Origin: Paracoccaceae bacterium
Lineage (GTDB): Bacteria > Pseudomonadota > Alphaproteobacteria > Rhodobacterales > Rhodobacteraceae
Assembly (NCBI GenBank): GCA_022448245.1
Contig: JAKVCO010000009.1
Span: 11,413-75,412, forward strand
Length of the DNA: 64,000 bases
Direction: 5' to 3'
Position numbers and translations under genes: made by a program. The notes under the pieces are model-generated. The model did not search any database. It was not told where the DNA came from and saw nothing but the letters and a program-made list of their open reading frames with translations. Positions 56,111-64,000 of the stretch are shown here, piece by piece. Numbering within the stretch: position 1 is the first letter of the stretch; each line of letters begins with the position of its first letter.

Positions 56111-57952
56111 GTGTTTCGCTTTTTTGAAAACCTCAACGATCCCTACGCCCCCTATGAGGCACAGGACCGTCCCCCGACGCGGCTTTGGCCGTTCGTTTGG
56201 AGCTATTTGAACGGCTTCAAAGCGCTATTCCTATGGTCGGGCGTATTATCGGTGTTCGTGGCGGCGATCGAGCTTTGGCTGATCTACTATCTGGGTCGCC
56301 TGATCGATGATCTTGTGACGACGGGGCCGGCGGACTTCTGGCAGGTGCATGCCGTCGAGCTTGTGCTCGTGACCGTTTTCATCCTTTTCGCGCGTCCCCT
56401 TATCCAAGCTCTCGATACAGCGCTGCTCAATAACTCGATCATCCCCAACGTGGGCACGACCGTCCGCTGGCGTGCGCATCGGCACGTGCTGCGCCAGTCG
56501 GTCAATTGGTTTGAGAATGATTTTGCAGGCCGCATCGCCAACCGCATCATGCAGACGCCCCCCGCTGTGGGCGAGGCGACGTTCCAGGCCTTTGATGCGA
56601 TGGCCTATGCGTTTGCCTATTTTATCGGCGCCATCTTGTTGATGAGCTCCACCGACCCGCGTCTCATGATCCCGCTGATCCTCTGGCTTGGTCTCTATTT
56701 CTGGCTGGTGCGCTGGACGGTGGCCCGTGTGACGCCCGCCTCGCAAGCTGCCTCTGATGCACGCTCGGCGATTACCGGTCGCGTCGTTGACAGCTATACC
56801 AACATCCACGCCGTGAAGATGTTCACCCACCACGAGCGAGAGGAGCTCTTCGCCAAAGAGGCCATCGAAGAAGCGCGCCGCACCTTTCAGGTGGAGATGC
56901 GGATTTTCACACGCATGGACGCGATGCTCGTTTTCCTGAACGGTCTCTTGATCGTGTCTGTCGTGGGCTGGGGTCTCTACCTCTGGACGGCTGGAACTGC
57001 GACTGTGGGCGTTGTTGCTGCGGCTTCGGCTCTGGTGCTCCGGCTGAACGCTATGACTGGCTGGATCATGTGGGCGCTGACCTCATTCTTCCAGAACGTC
57101 GGCGTCATCCGCGAGGGGATGGAGACGATCGCGCAGCCGATCGAACTGCTCGATAATCTCGGCGCGACGGAGCTGCAGCTGAGCGCCGGTAAAATCGAAG
57201 TGCAGGGTCTGACCCACCACTATGGACGTGGCAAGGGTGGTCTCGACCGGATCGATCTGACGATTGAACCGGGCCAGAAGGTCGGCCTCGTTGGCCGTTC
57301 CGGGGCGGGAAAATCGACCCTCGTAAAGCTGCTGCTCCGGTTCTACGACACTGAGAGCGGGCGCATCCTCGTCGACGGGCAAGATATCAGCGATGTGACG
57401 CAATCGAGCCTGCGCCGCCAGATCGGCATGGTGCAGCAGGACACCGCGCTGCTGCATCGCTCCGTGCGTGACAACATCCTCTATGGCGACCCGAGCGCGT
57501 CAGAGGCGCAGATGGAGAAAGCCGCCGCCCAAGCTGCCGCGGACTTCATTCCGGAACTTGAGGATAAGGACGGCAACAAAGGCTACGAGGCGCAGGTGGG
57601 CGAACGCGGCGTGAAGCTCTCAGGCGGGCAGCGCCAGCGTATAGCGCTGGCCCGTGTGATCCTGAAGAATGCACCGATCCTTCTGCTGGACGAAGCGACC
57701 TCGGCCCTTGACAGCGAGGTGGAGGCCGCGATTCAGGAAACCCTCTCGGATATGATGGAGGGTAAGACCGTCGTCGCCATCGCGCATCGGCTGTCGACCA
57801 TCGCGCAGATGGACCGGATCATCGTCATGGATGAGGGCCGGATCGTCGAAGATGGCGGCCATGCAGAGCTTTTGGAGAAGAAGGGCCTATATGCCTCCTT
57901 CTGGGCGCGCCAATCGGGCGGGTTCATCCTGACGGAAGAGGCTGCTGAGTGA
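56111..57952 (+). CDS. ABC exporter, fused permease and ATPase
   Basis: A 6-TM domain, then Walker A GRSGAGKSTL, signature LSGGQRQRIALAR and Walker B LLLDEATSALD. GTG start at 56111. Confidence 0.9.
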   Translation: MFRFFENLNDPYAPYEAQDRPPTRLWPFVWSYLNGFKALFLWSGVLSVFVAAIELWLIYYLGRLIDDLVTTGPADFWQVHAVELVLVTVFILFARPLIQALDTALLNNSIIPNVGTTVRWRAHRHVLRQSVNWFENDFAGRIANRIMQTPPAVGEATFQAFDAMAYAFAYFIGAILLMSSTDPRLMIPLILWLGLYFWLVRWTVARVTPASQAASDARSAITGRVVDSYTNIHAVKMFTHHEREELFAKEAIEEARRTFQVEMRIFTRMDAMLVFLNGLLIVSVVGWGLYLWTAGTATVGVVAAASALVLRLNAMTGWIMWALTSFFQNVGVIREGMETIAQPIELLDNLGATELQLSAGKIEVQGLTHHYGRGKGGLDRIDLTIEPGQKVGLVGRSGAGKSTLVKLLLRFYDTESGRILVDGQDISDVTQSSLRRQIGMVQQDTALLHRSVRDNILYGDPSASEAQMEKAAAQAAADFIPELEDKDGNKGYEAQVGERGVKLSGGQRQRIALARVILKNAPILLLDEATSALDSEVEAAIQETLSDMMEGKTVVAIAHRLSTIAQMDRIIVMDEGRIVEDGGHAELLEKKGLYASFWARQSGGFILTEEAAE

Positions 57953-59793
57953 ACGCTCTCATACAAAGACTAGCTGATCTGATTGGCCCCTTTGAGGCTG
58001 CCGAGGGCCCGCCGCCGCAAACGTTGATGGCGTTTCTGAGGTGGTGCCTGAAGGGCGCGTGGCCGATGTTCTTTCTGGCCTTCGCCATGTCGGCCATCGC
58101 GGGCACGTCGGAGGTTGTGGCGGCCATCATCCTCGGTAGCGTGATCGATTCCACGACCGGTGATCCAGCCACGTGGTTTGATACGAACACATTGCTGCTG
58201 GCGGGGTTCTTGGGTTTCTTCGTGGTGCTGCGCCCGATCGCGTTCGGCGCCTCGGCGGCGCTAAACTCCATCATGTTCGCGCCCAATGTGAACACGCTCG
58301 TGCAGTCGCGCCTGCACCGCTGGGTGCTCGGTCATGCCACGCAATTCTTTGACGACGATTTCGCGGGCCGCATAGCGCAAAAGCAGATGCAGACAGGTGC
58401 GGCGGTGACGAACGTGCTCGTTGAACTGATCTCTGTTGTGGCTTTCGCGGCGGCCTCGGTGGTCGGGTCGATCCTGCTCCTTTTCACCATCGATTGGAAA
58501 ATCGCGCTCATCGTGATCGTCTGGTTTTCGGTCTATCTGAAGCTGATTTCGTGGTTCATGCCCCGCATCCGTGTGCGCTCAAAAGATCGGGCGGCGAAGC
58601 GGTCTAACGTGAGCGGCCAGATCGTGGACACGGTGGGCAATATCAAGACGGTGAAGCTCTTCGCCAATTCCCAGCACGAGGATGAGGCCGCGCTCGATGC
58701 GATGCGGGGCTATCGCGCGTCAGCGATTGAGTTCGGCAAGATTAGCGCCCTCTTCCGGCTGGCGCTGATGTCGATTGCGGGGATCTTGCCGATTGTGTTG
58801 ATCCTCTCGGCCATCTCGCTCTGGACCCAAGGCGCGGCGAGCGCGGGCGACATTGCGGCGGCGGGCGTCATCTCCATCCGGCTGAGCCAGATGACGGGCT
58901 GGGTGAGCTTCGCGCTCATGGGCCTTTACGCCAACGTGGGTGAGATTGAGGACGGCGTGCGCACGCTTACCCCGCCGCACACGGTCACCGATCGTCCTGA
59001 CGCGCCGAACTTCGCGCCACGCCAAGGCGAGATCAGCTTTGAAGGTTTGGAGTTCACCTATGGCGGTGGTCCGGGCGGGGTGCATGGCCTCGATCTGACC
59101 GTGGCGCCGGGTGAGAAGGTGGGAGTTGTGGGCGCCTCGGGTGCGGGCAAGTCGACGCTCGTGTCACTGTTGCTCAGGCTATACGATACCGAGAAGGGAC
59201 GCGTGTTGGTCGATGGACAGGACGTTTCTTCCGTCACCCAAGAAAGCCTGCGCCGTTACATCGCCATGGTCACGCAGGACACGGCGATGTTCAACCGCTC
59301 CGCCCGCGACAACATCCTCTACGGCCGCCCTGATGCTACAGAGGAGGAGATGATTGCCGCCTCCCGCCAGGCGTCGGCCCATGAGTTTATCCAAGACCTC
59401 GCCGATGCGAAGGACCGCACAGGCTATGGAGCGCATCTGGGTGAACGGGGTGTGAAGCTCTCAGGTGGTCAACGGCAGCGGATTGCCCTGGCCCGCGCTA
59501 TCCTGAAAGACGCGCCGATTCTGATCCTCGACGAAGCGACGAGCGCGCTGGACAGTGAGGTTGAGGCCGAGATCCAAGATGCGCTGGCAGAGGTGATGGA
59601 GGGAAAGACCGTGCTTGCCATCGCGCACCGCCTGTCCACGCTCGCCAATATGGACCGGATCATCGTCATGGATCAGGGCCGCATCGTCGAAGAAGGCACT
59701 CACCGCGATCTCATGGCCCGCGACGGCCTTTATGCGCGCTATTGGAATAGGCAGTCGGGCGGTTTTCTTGGTTACGAAGACGCCGCCGAGTAA
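57949..59793 (+). CDS. ABC exporter, fused permease and ATPase (probable heterodimer partner)
   Basis: Same architecture (GASGAGKSTL, LSGGQRQRIALAR, LILDEATSALD). GTGA overlap with the upstream ABC gene. Confidence 0.9.
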   Translation: MNALIQRLADLIGPFEAAEGPPPQTLMAFLRWCLKGAWPMFFLAFAMSAIAGTSEVVAAIILGSVIDSTTGDPATWFDTNTLLLAGFLGFFVVLRPIAFGASAALNSIMFAPNVNTLVQSRLHRWVLGHATQFFDDDFAGRIAQKQMQTGAAVTNVLVELISVVAFAAASVVGSILLLFTIDWKIALIVIVWFSVYLKLISWFMPRIRVRSKDRAAKRSNVSGQIVDTVGNIKTVKLFANSQHEDEAALDAMRGYRASAIEFGKISALFRLALMSIAGILPIVLILSAISLWTQGAASAGDIAAAGVISIRLSQMTGWVSFALMGLYANVGEIEDGVRTLTPPHTVTDRPDAPNFAPRQGEISFEGLEFTYGGGPGGVHGLDLTVAPGEKVGVVGASGAGKSTLVSLLLRLYDTEKGRVLVDGQDVSSVTQESLRRYIAMVTQDTAMFNRSARDNILYGRPDATEEEMIAASRQASAHEFIQDLADAKDRTGYGAHLGERGVKLSGGQRQRIALARAILKDAPILILDEATSALDSEVEAEIQDALAEVMEGKTVLAIAHRLSTLANMDRIIVMDQGRIVEEGTHRDLMARDGLYARYWNRQSGGFLGYEDAAE

Positions 59794-59848
59794 TGGCGAG
59801 TTGACCGCGCGGCATCGCGCCCTCATTTGAGGCGCGAAAGGCAGGCAT

Positions 59849-60643
59849 ATGACGCGTATCAGAGACTTTATAGAAGCACCCCGGGTGAGCAACCTCATCA
59901 TGGGCGTGATCATCTTCAATGCGATCCTTCTGGGGCTCGAGACCTCGAAGACCGTGATGGCCATGTTCGGGCCGCTGATCCTGATGCTCGATGCGATCTG
60001 TCTGGGCATCTTCGTCACCGAGCTGATGCTGAAATTCATCGCCTACCGCTTCTCGTTCTTCAAAAGCGGCTGGAACATCTTCGACTTCATCGTGGTGGCC
60101 ATTGCCTTGATGCCGTCGACGGGCGGGCTCAGCGTGCTTCGGGCGCTGCGTATCCTGCGTGTGCTGCGCCTGATCTCGGTCGCGCCACAGCTCAGGCGCG
60201 TTGTCGAAGGCTTTGTCAGCGCGCTGCCGGGCATGGGTTCCGTCTTCTTGCTGATGGGCATGATGTTCTACATCGGCGCGGTCATGGCCACGAAGCTCTT
60301 CGGGGCAGGGTGCGAGCTTTGCACGCCCGAGCAAGCCGCGCAGTTCGATGAATGGTTCGGAACGCTGGGCCGGTCGCTTTATTCCCTCTTCCAGATCATG
60401 ACGCTGGAGAGCTGGTCCATGGGCATCGTGCGCCCGGTGCTCGAGGTCTATCCCTACGCTTGGATGTTCTTCGTGCCTTTCATCATGGTCACGACCTTCG
60501 CGGTGGTGAACTTGCTGGTTGGTCTCATCGTGAACTCGATGCAAGACGCCCATGCGGCCGAGGCCAATGCCGCCACCGATGACTACCGGGGCGAGGTGCT
60601 GCAGCGTCTTACCGAAATCGAGAAAAAGCTCAGCGAGAAGTAA
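59849..60643 (+). CDS. Bacterial voltage-gated sodium channel (BacNaV / NaChBac family)
   Basis: 6-TM architecture. The S4 segment has Arg at every third position (LRALRILRVLRLISV). Selectivity filter FQIMTLESWSMGIVRPV. The C-terminal tail is coiled-coil-like. Confidence 0.9.
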   Translation: MTRIRDFIEAPRVSNLIMGVIIFNAILLGLETSKTVMAMFGPLILMLDAICLGIFVTELMLKFIAYRFSFFKSGWNIFDFIVVAIALMPSTGGLSVLRALRILRVLRLISVAPQLRRVVEGFVSALPGMGSVFLLMGMMFYIGAVMATKLFGAGCELCTPEQAAQFDEWFGTLGRSLYSLFQIMTLESWSMGIVRPVLEVYPYAWMFFVPFIMVTTFAVVNLLVGLIVNSMQDAHAAEANAATDDYRGEVLQRLTEIEKKLSEK

Positions 60644-60696
60644 CGCAGTTGCGAGTATCGGGGCCTGCAAAAGTGCTGTAATGTCCCGCAAAACAA

Positions 60697-61200
60697 ATGA
60701 GAGAACTCATGCGGTCAGTGACGATTTTCCTCCTTTTGGGTGCGACCTTTGTGCTGAGCGGCTGCGCGTCCAAATTCCGGTCCTACAATGGGCCGGAGGT
60801 CACCCACATCGTAGCGTACAAAGACGCGCGCCGGATGTTCCTCATGCACGAGGGCGAGATCCTCACGACATTTGATTTCGAGCTGGGATTTGCGCCGACG
60901 GGCGACAAGGAGATCTCAGGCGACGGGCGCACTCCCGAGGGCCGGTATTTCATCGACCGCAAGAACCCCAACAGCCAGTTCCATCTATCGCTCGGGATCA
61001 GCTACCCGAATGCAGCCGACCGAGCGTATGCCGCAGCGCTGGGCGAAAGCCCGGGCGGTGACATCTTTATCCACGGCACGCCGCGCCGTTTCCGTGGCAC
61101 CGATGATTGGACATGGGGATGTCTCGCCGTGACCGACCGCGAGATGGAAGAGATCTATGCCATGGTCGAGGTCGGAACCCCGATCATGATCCTGCCTTAG
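60697..61200 (+). CDS. L,D-transpeptidase-fold (YkuD-like) lipoprotein
   Basis: Lipobox LSGC at residues 20-23. Catalytic-like pattern IHGTP...DDWTWGCLAV. Confidence 0.8.
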   Translation: MRELMRSVTIFLLLGATFVLSGCASKFRSYNGPEVTHIVAYKDARRMFLMHEGEILTTFDFELGFAPTGDKEISGDGRTPEGRYFIDRKNPNSQFHLSLGISYPNAADRAYAAALGESPGGDIFIHGTPRRFRGTDDWTWGCLAVTDREMEEIYAMVEVGTPIMILP

Positions 61201-61739
61201 GCGGGTGTCGGCGTGTTGCCGACTTCGTCCTGAGTGCCCAGAACCATCGTCCACCAGATCTTGCCGGAATCTTCCTGGAACCAGGAGAAGCCCAGATCGC
61301 GGGCGCGCGGGTCCAAGATAACTTCGCGCGTGGTAAGCTGTTCCATCCATGCAGCGAGCGTTTCGAGCTCGGTCTCGTAGGTTTCAGAGATCGTTTCACC
61401 GAGCAGAAGGCCAGCATACCCCACTCGCGATACCCGATCGATTGGCGAAGAACCGTCGGACCCGAAGTGCCAAGGGCGGTTCTGCAGGGCCATATCGCGC
61501 GAATGCGTTGCAGCTGCTGCGTTGAGCTCGGCGTTCAGGTTTACCGGGATCAACCCACGCGCGCCGCGCAGGGCATTCACTCCGTCAAGCATCCGGAACT
61601 GGATGTCGCCGGTTTCGGAAGCCCGAATGCGATAAACGCGCTGCAGTGGATTTCCGTTGGCATCCACAGGAATCGACCCGGTGGAGCACGCTGCCAGAAG
61701 CGCTGGCAGACTAAGCAGAAACAAGCGGCGATCGAACAT
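61197..61739 (-). CDS. CAP/SCP (PR-1-like) domain lipoprotein
   Basis: The Met at 61739 gives MFDRRLFLLSLPALLAACS (lipobox), followed by a CAP-domain-like body (NAAAATHSRDMA, ETYETELETLAAWM). The track ORF extends 47 codons upstream. Confidence 0.8.
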   Translation of the reverse strand: MFDRRLFLLSLPALLAACSTGSIPVDANGNPLQRVYRIRASETGDIQFRMLDGVNALRGARGLIPVNLNAELNAAAATHSRDMALQNRPWHFGSDGSSPIDRVSRVGYAGLLLGETISETYETELETLAAWMEQLTTREVILDPRARDLGFSWFQEDSGKIWWTMVLGTQDEVGNTPTPA

Positions 61740-61799
61740 GGAACCCCCAAAGACCCTTTTTCGTTCTCCTTCCATACGCTTGAACCGATGCATAGCAAC

Positions 61800-61819
61800 C
61801 CCACTTTCGCGCAAGTGGG
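61800..61819. promoter_or_regulatory. Inverted repeat CCCACTT-N6-AAGTGGG in a divergent promoter region
   Basis: Perfect 7-bp arms around TCGCGC, between the CAP lipoprotein gene and the Tat-signal L,D-transpeptidase gene. I do not recognise the motif, so no regulator is assigned. Confidence 0.3.
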
Positions 61820-61894
61820 CAACGTCACGCCGGTTTGAATTGCGACTGCGACTTTCACGCAATAACGTCGCCCCAACCAAAAACGGAGGCAGTC

Positions 61895-62482
61895 ATGACC
61901 ACCAATAAGCTCGCGCGCCGCAGTTTCATCGCCGGCGCCTCAACGCTTCTGGCAGCGCCCGCTGTCGCACAGCTGGCTGGCGACACTACGGAATTCGAAG
62001 GTGATATCGAAGGCAGCACACGCAGAAACGTGTCCAGCTTCCGCACGCTGGATTGGCGTCCGTACTTCAATAACACCCGCGGCGGCGCGATTCTCGTCGA
62101 TATCGACAGCCGCGCGCTGCACTTCTGGTCGGAGGATCAGAGCGTCTACAAACTGTACCCGACGTCAGTGCCGCTGAGCGAAGACCTCACGCGCCGTGGC
62201 CGGACACAGGTTGTGCGCAAAGTGGAAGGCCCGTCCTGGCGCCCCACGCCAAACATGCTCAAGCGGAACCCGGATTGGCCTGAGTTCGTCGGTCCTGGCC
62301 CGGATAACCCGCTGGGGACGCATGCGCTCTATCTCAGCTGGACGTACTATCGCATCCACGGCACCCACGACACGCGCAAGATCGGCCGTCGCTCATCCAA
62401 TGGCTGCATAGGCCTCTACAATGAGCACATCGCCGAACTCTTTGGGCTGACTGACAAAGGTGCGCAGGTGTTGCTTATTTGA
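61895..62482 (+). CDS. L,D-transpeptidase (YkuD domain) with a twin-arginine signal peptide
   Basis: The ATG at 61895 is preceded by GGAGG. Tat-like leader MTTNKLARRSFIAGASTLLAAPAVA. Catalytic motif HGTHDTRKIGRRSSNGCIGL. Confidence 0.85.
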   Translation: MTTNKLARRSFIAGASTLLAAPAVAQLAGDTTEFEGDIEGSTRRNVSSFRTLDWRPYFNNTRGGAILVDIDSRALHFWSEDQSVYKLYPTSVPLSEDLTRRGRTQVVRKVEGPSWRPTPNMLKRNPDWPEFVGPGPDNPLGTHALYLSWTYYRIHGTHDTRKIGRRSSNGCIGLYNEHIAELFGLTDKGAQVLLI

Positions 62483-62627
62483 CGACATTGCGGCTGAGCG
62501 CCGCTATGGCGCGAAAAGCAGCATTTGCAATTGTTAGTCTTTGCTGATTTACCCACATAACGAGGTTAGTCTTGGGTGTGTGCCGTTTTCTGAACACTTT
62601 GCGGCACGCGGATTACTGGAGGATACT

Positions 62628-62810
62628 ATGAAGAAACTCGTTCTTGCTGCCGCACTGTCCGGCGTTGCATCGTTCGCCGCTGCCGGCAACATGGAAGAAC
62701 CAATTATGGAGCCAGTTGTGGTCATCGAAACCGTGGAAGAGGCTTCCTCCTCCGCAGGTCTCGTGATCCCGCTGGTGATCATCGCTCTGATCGCAGCTGC
62801 TGCTTCCTAA
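62628..62810 (+). CDS. Small (60 aa) exported or membrane-tethered protein of unknown function
   Basis: The ATG is preceded by GGAGGA. It has a signal peptide (MKKLVLAAALSGVASFAAAG), an acidic Pro/Val/Glu-rich middle and a C-terminal hydrophobic helix (LVIPLVIIALIAAAAS). Confidence 0.6.
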   Translation: MKKLVLAAALSGVASFAAAGNMEEPIMEPVVVIETVEEASSSAGLVIPLVIIALIAAAAS

Positions 62811-62828
62811 GCGCAACTGTACAGACTC

Positions 62829-62861
62829 AAAAAGAGCGGTACTTCGGTGCCGCTCTTTTTC
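62829..62861. terminator. Bidirectional Rho-independent terminator between the small ORF and hemH
   Basis: AAAAA, then GAGCGGTAC, a TTCG loop, GTGCCGCTC (9-bp stem with one G-T pair), then TTTTTCTTT. It has an A-run on one side and a T-run on the other. Confidence 0.65.
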
Positions 62862-62883
62862 TTTGTCCGAATGGTTTTTGAGA

Positions 62884-63954
62884 TCAGAGCCAACCGCGTA
62901 GGTTGGTGTGAATGATTTTGCTCAGCGATGCGATATGCGCGTCATCGTCATTGAGGCAGGGAATATAGGTGAATTCCTCACCGCCCGCTTCCTCGAAGCT
63001 CTCTTTAATCTCTTCGTTGATCTCTTCGAGCGTCTCGATGCAATCCGCTGAGAATGCAGGCGCCATGACGGCGATGTTCTTCTTGCCTTCTTCCTCGGCA
63101 AGCCGCGCGACTTCTTCCACTGTGTAAGGCTTTAGCCATTCCTCTGGGCCGAAGCGGCTTTGGAAGGTGGTGACGATCTCGGTGTCGTCCCAACCCAGCC
63201 GCTCTTTCAGCAGGCGCGTCGTCTTCTGACACTGGCAATGGTAGGGATCGCCCTCCATCAGGTAGCGCTTCGGCACACCGTGATAGGAGCACACGAGGAT
63301 GTCGGGGCGCTTCTCCAGCCCGGCATAGGCACGCTCCACCGATTGCGCTAGCGCGTCGATATAAGCGGGGTCTTCGTAGTAAGGCTCCACCACGCGGGCA
63401 GGCGGCTGCCACTTCTCTTCCATCAAAACGCGGAAGAACTGATCGCAGGCCGTGGCCGACGTCGCACCCGCATAGTGCGGATAGAGCGGGAAGAAGAGGA
63501 TCTTGCGGCACCCGGCATCGATCATCTCCCGCACCTTTGATTTGGTGGAGGGGTTGCCGTAGCGCATGCAGAAATCGACCATCACTTGGTTGCCGTATTC
63601 GGCCTCCAGCTGGTCCTTGATCTTGGTGGTCTGCGCTTTGGTGATCGTCATGAGGGGGCTTTCGCCGTCTTCCTCATTCCAGATGCTCTTGTACGCCGCA
63701 CCGGACGAAAACGGCCGCTTCGACAAAATCACCAACTGCAAGAGCGGCTGCCAGATCCACGGGCTATAGTCGATGACGCGGCGATCACTCAGGAATTCGC
63801 TCAGGTAGCGACGCATCGACCAATAGTCGTAATTGTCGGGGGTGCCGAGGTTGGCCAGCAGGATGCCAACCTTCGCCGGCTTCACAGGAGGATGATCCCC
63901 CGGTGCTTGGCGAGGGACGGCAGCAGTTTGGTCCTGCATCTTTGCGTCAAACAT
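62884..63954 (-). CDS. hemH: Ferrochelatase
   Basis: VGILLANLGTPD N-terminal motif, SYHGVP, and FSADCIETLEEI near the C-terminus. 356 aa, so the start could be an internal Met. Confidence 0.95.
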   Translation of the reverse strand: MFDAKMQDQTAAVPRQAPGDHPPVKPAKVGILLANLGTPDNYDYWSMRRYLSEFLSDRRVIDYSPWIWQPLLQLVILSKRPFSSGAAYKSIWNEEDGESPLMTITKAQTTKIKDQLEAEYGNQVMVDFCMRYGNPSTKSKVREMIDAGCRKILFFPLYPHYAGATSATACDQFFRVLMEEKWQPPARVVEPYYEDPAYIDALAQSVERAYAGLEKRPDILVCSYHGVPKRYLMEGDPYHCQCQKTTRLLKERLGWDDTEIVTTFQSRFGPEEWLKPYTVEEVARLAEEEGKKNIAVMAPAFSADCIETLEEINEEIKESFEEAGGEEFTYIPCLNDDDAHIASLSKIIHTNLRGWL

Positions 63955-64000
63955 CTGAATTTTCCGGCTTCCTTGTTGCTGGAAGACATAAGCGGCGCGG

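Noticed and set aside
59816-59836. Hairpin CGCGCCCTC-ATTT-GAGGCGCG after the second ABC gene
   Set aside because: It is a plausible structure, but it has a bulge and no U-tract, so I do not call it a terminator.
59711-60691. 326-codon ORF on the minus strand
   Set aside because: It is antisense to the BacNaV channel gene, which has unmistakable S4 and selectivity-filter motifs. Its translation is His/Arg/Asp-rich and looks like junk.
1-64000. Mobile elements, prophage, CRISPR, tRNA/rRNA genes, toxin-antitoxin or known defence-system genes
   Set aside because: I found no integrase, transposase or recombinase-like ORF, no terminal inverted repeats, no spaced direct-repeat arrays, and no long untranslated stretches with RNA-gene character. 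The window reads as conserved core chromosome.

Overview
This window is an almost fully coding, high-GC (by eye) stretch of core chromosome from an alphaproteobacterium. It is most likely Rhodobacterales, inferred from the regB-senC-regA cluster, a BacNaV-type sodium channel and the gene order. I support about 60 protein genes, nearly all housekeeping.

Gene content, left to right:
- a sugar-acid dehydratase / FAH / 2-hydroxyacid dehydrogenase trio
- regA-senC and divergent regB
- a kinase-less PAS protein
- tsaE, amgK-like, murU-like, addB, addA, trxA
- hslVU
- a Tim44-like gene, mltA and smr
- fxsA and secB
- dnaQ, coaE, aroE, maf
- a roughly 0.5-kb AT-rich gap
- rho, mnmE, mnmG, rsmG, parA, parB
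- hemW, rdgB, rph
- hrcA, grpE, mutS, maeB, rbsK, msrA, argG, ilvA
- hslO, a CoA pyrophosphatase, cca and a LysE-family gene
- two ABC exporter half-transporter fusions, a voltage-gated Na channel, two L,D-transpeptidases, a CAP-domain lipoprotein and hemH

The main structural result is that the window very probably spans the chromosomal replication origin. The maf-rho gap carries DnaA-box-like 9-mers and an AT-rich tract. The centromere lies close by: two perfect 16-bp parS palindromes sit inside the mnmG start region and inside rsmG.

I saw no rRNA, tRNA, CRISPR array, IS element, integrase or recognisable defence or mobile island. I cannot point to a convincing previously undescribed system. 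The only poorly explained DNA is about 1.1 kb between a sulfotransferase-like gene and argG (46.4-47.5 kb). It holds overlapping hypothetical ORFs and a Tat-signal-like ORF interrupted by an in-frame TAA.

All functional calls come from reading motifs in the supplied translations and from remembered synteny. No searches were run.
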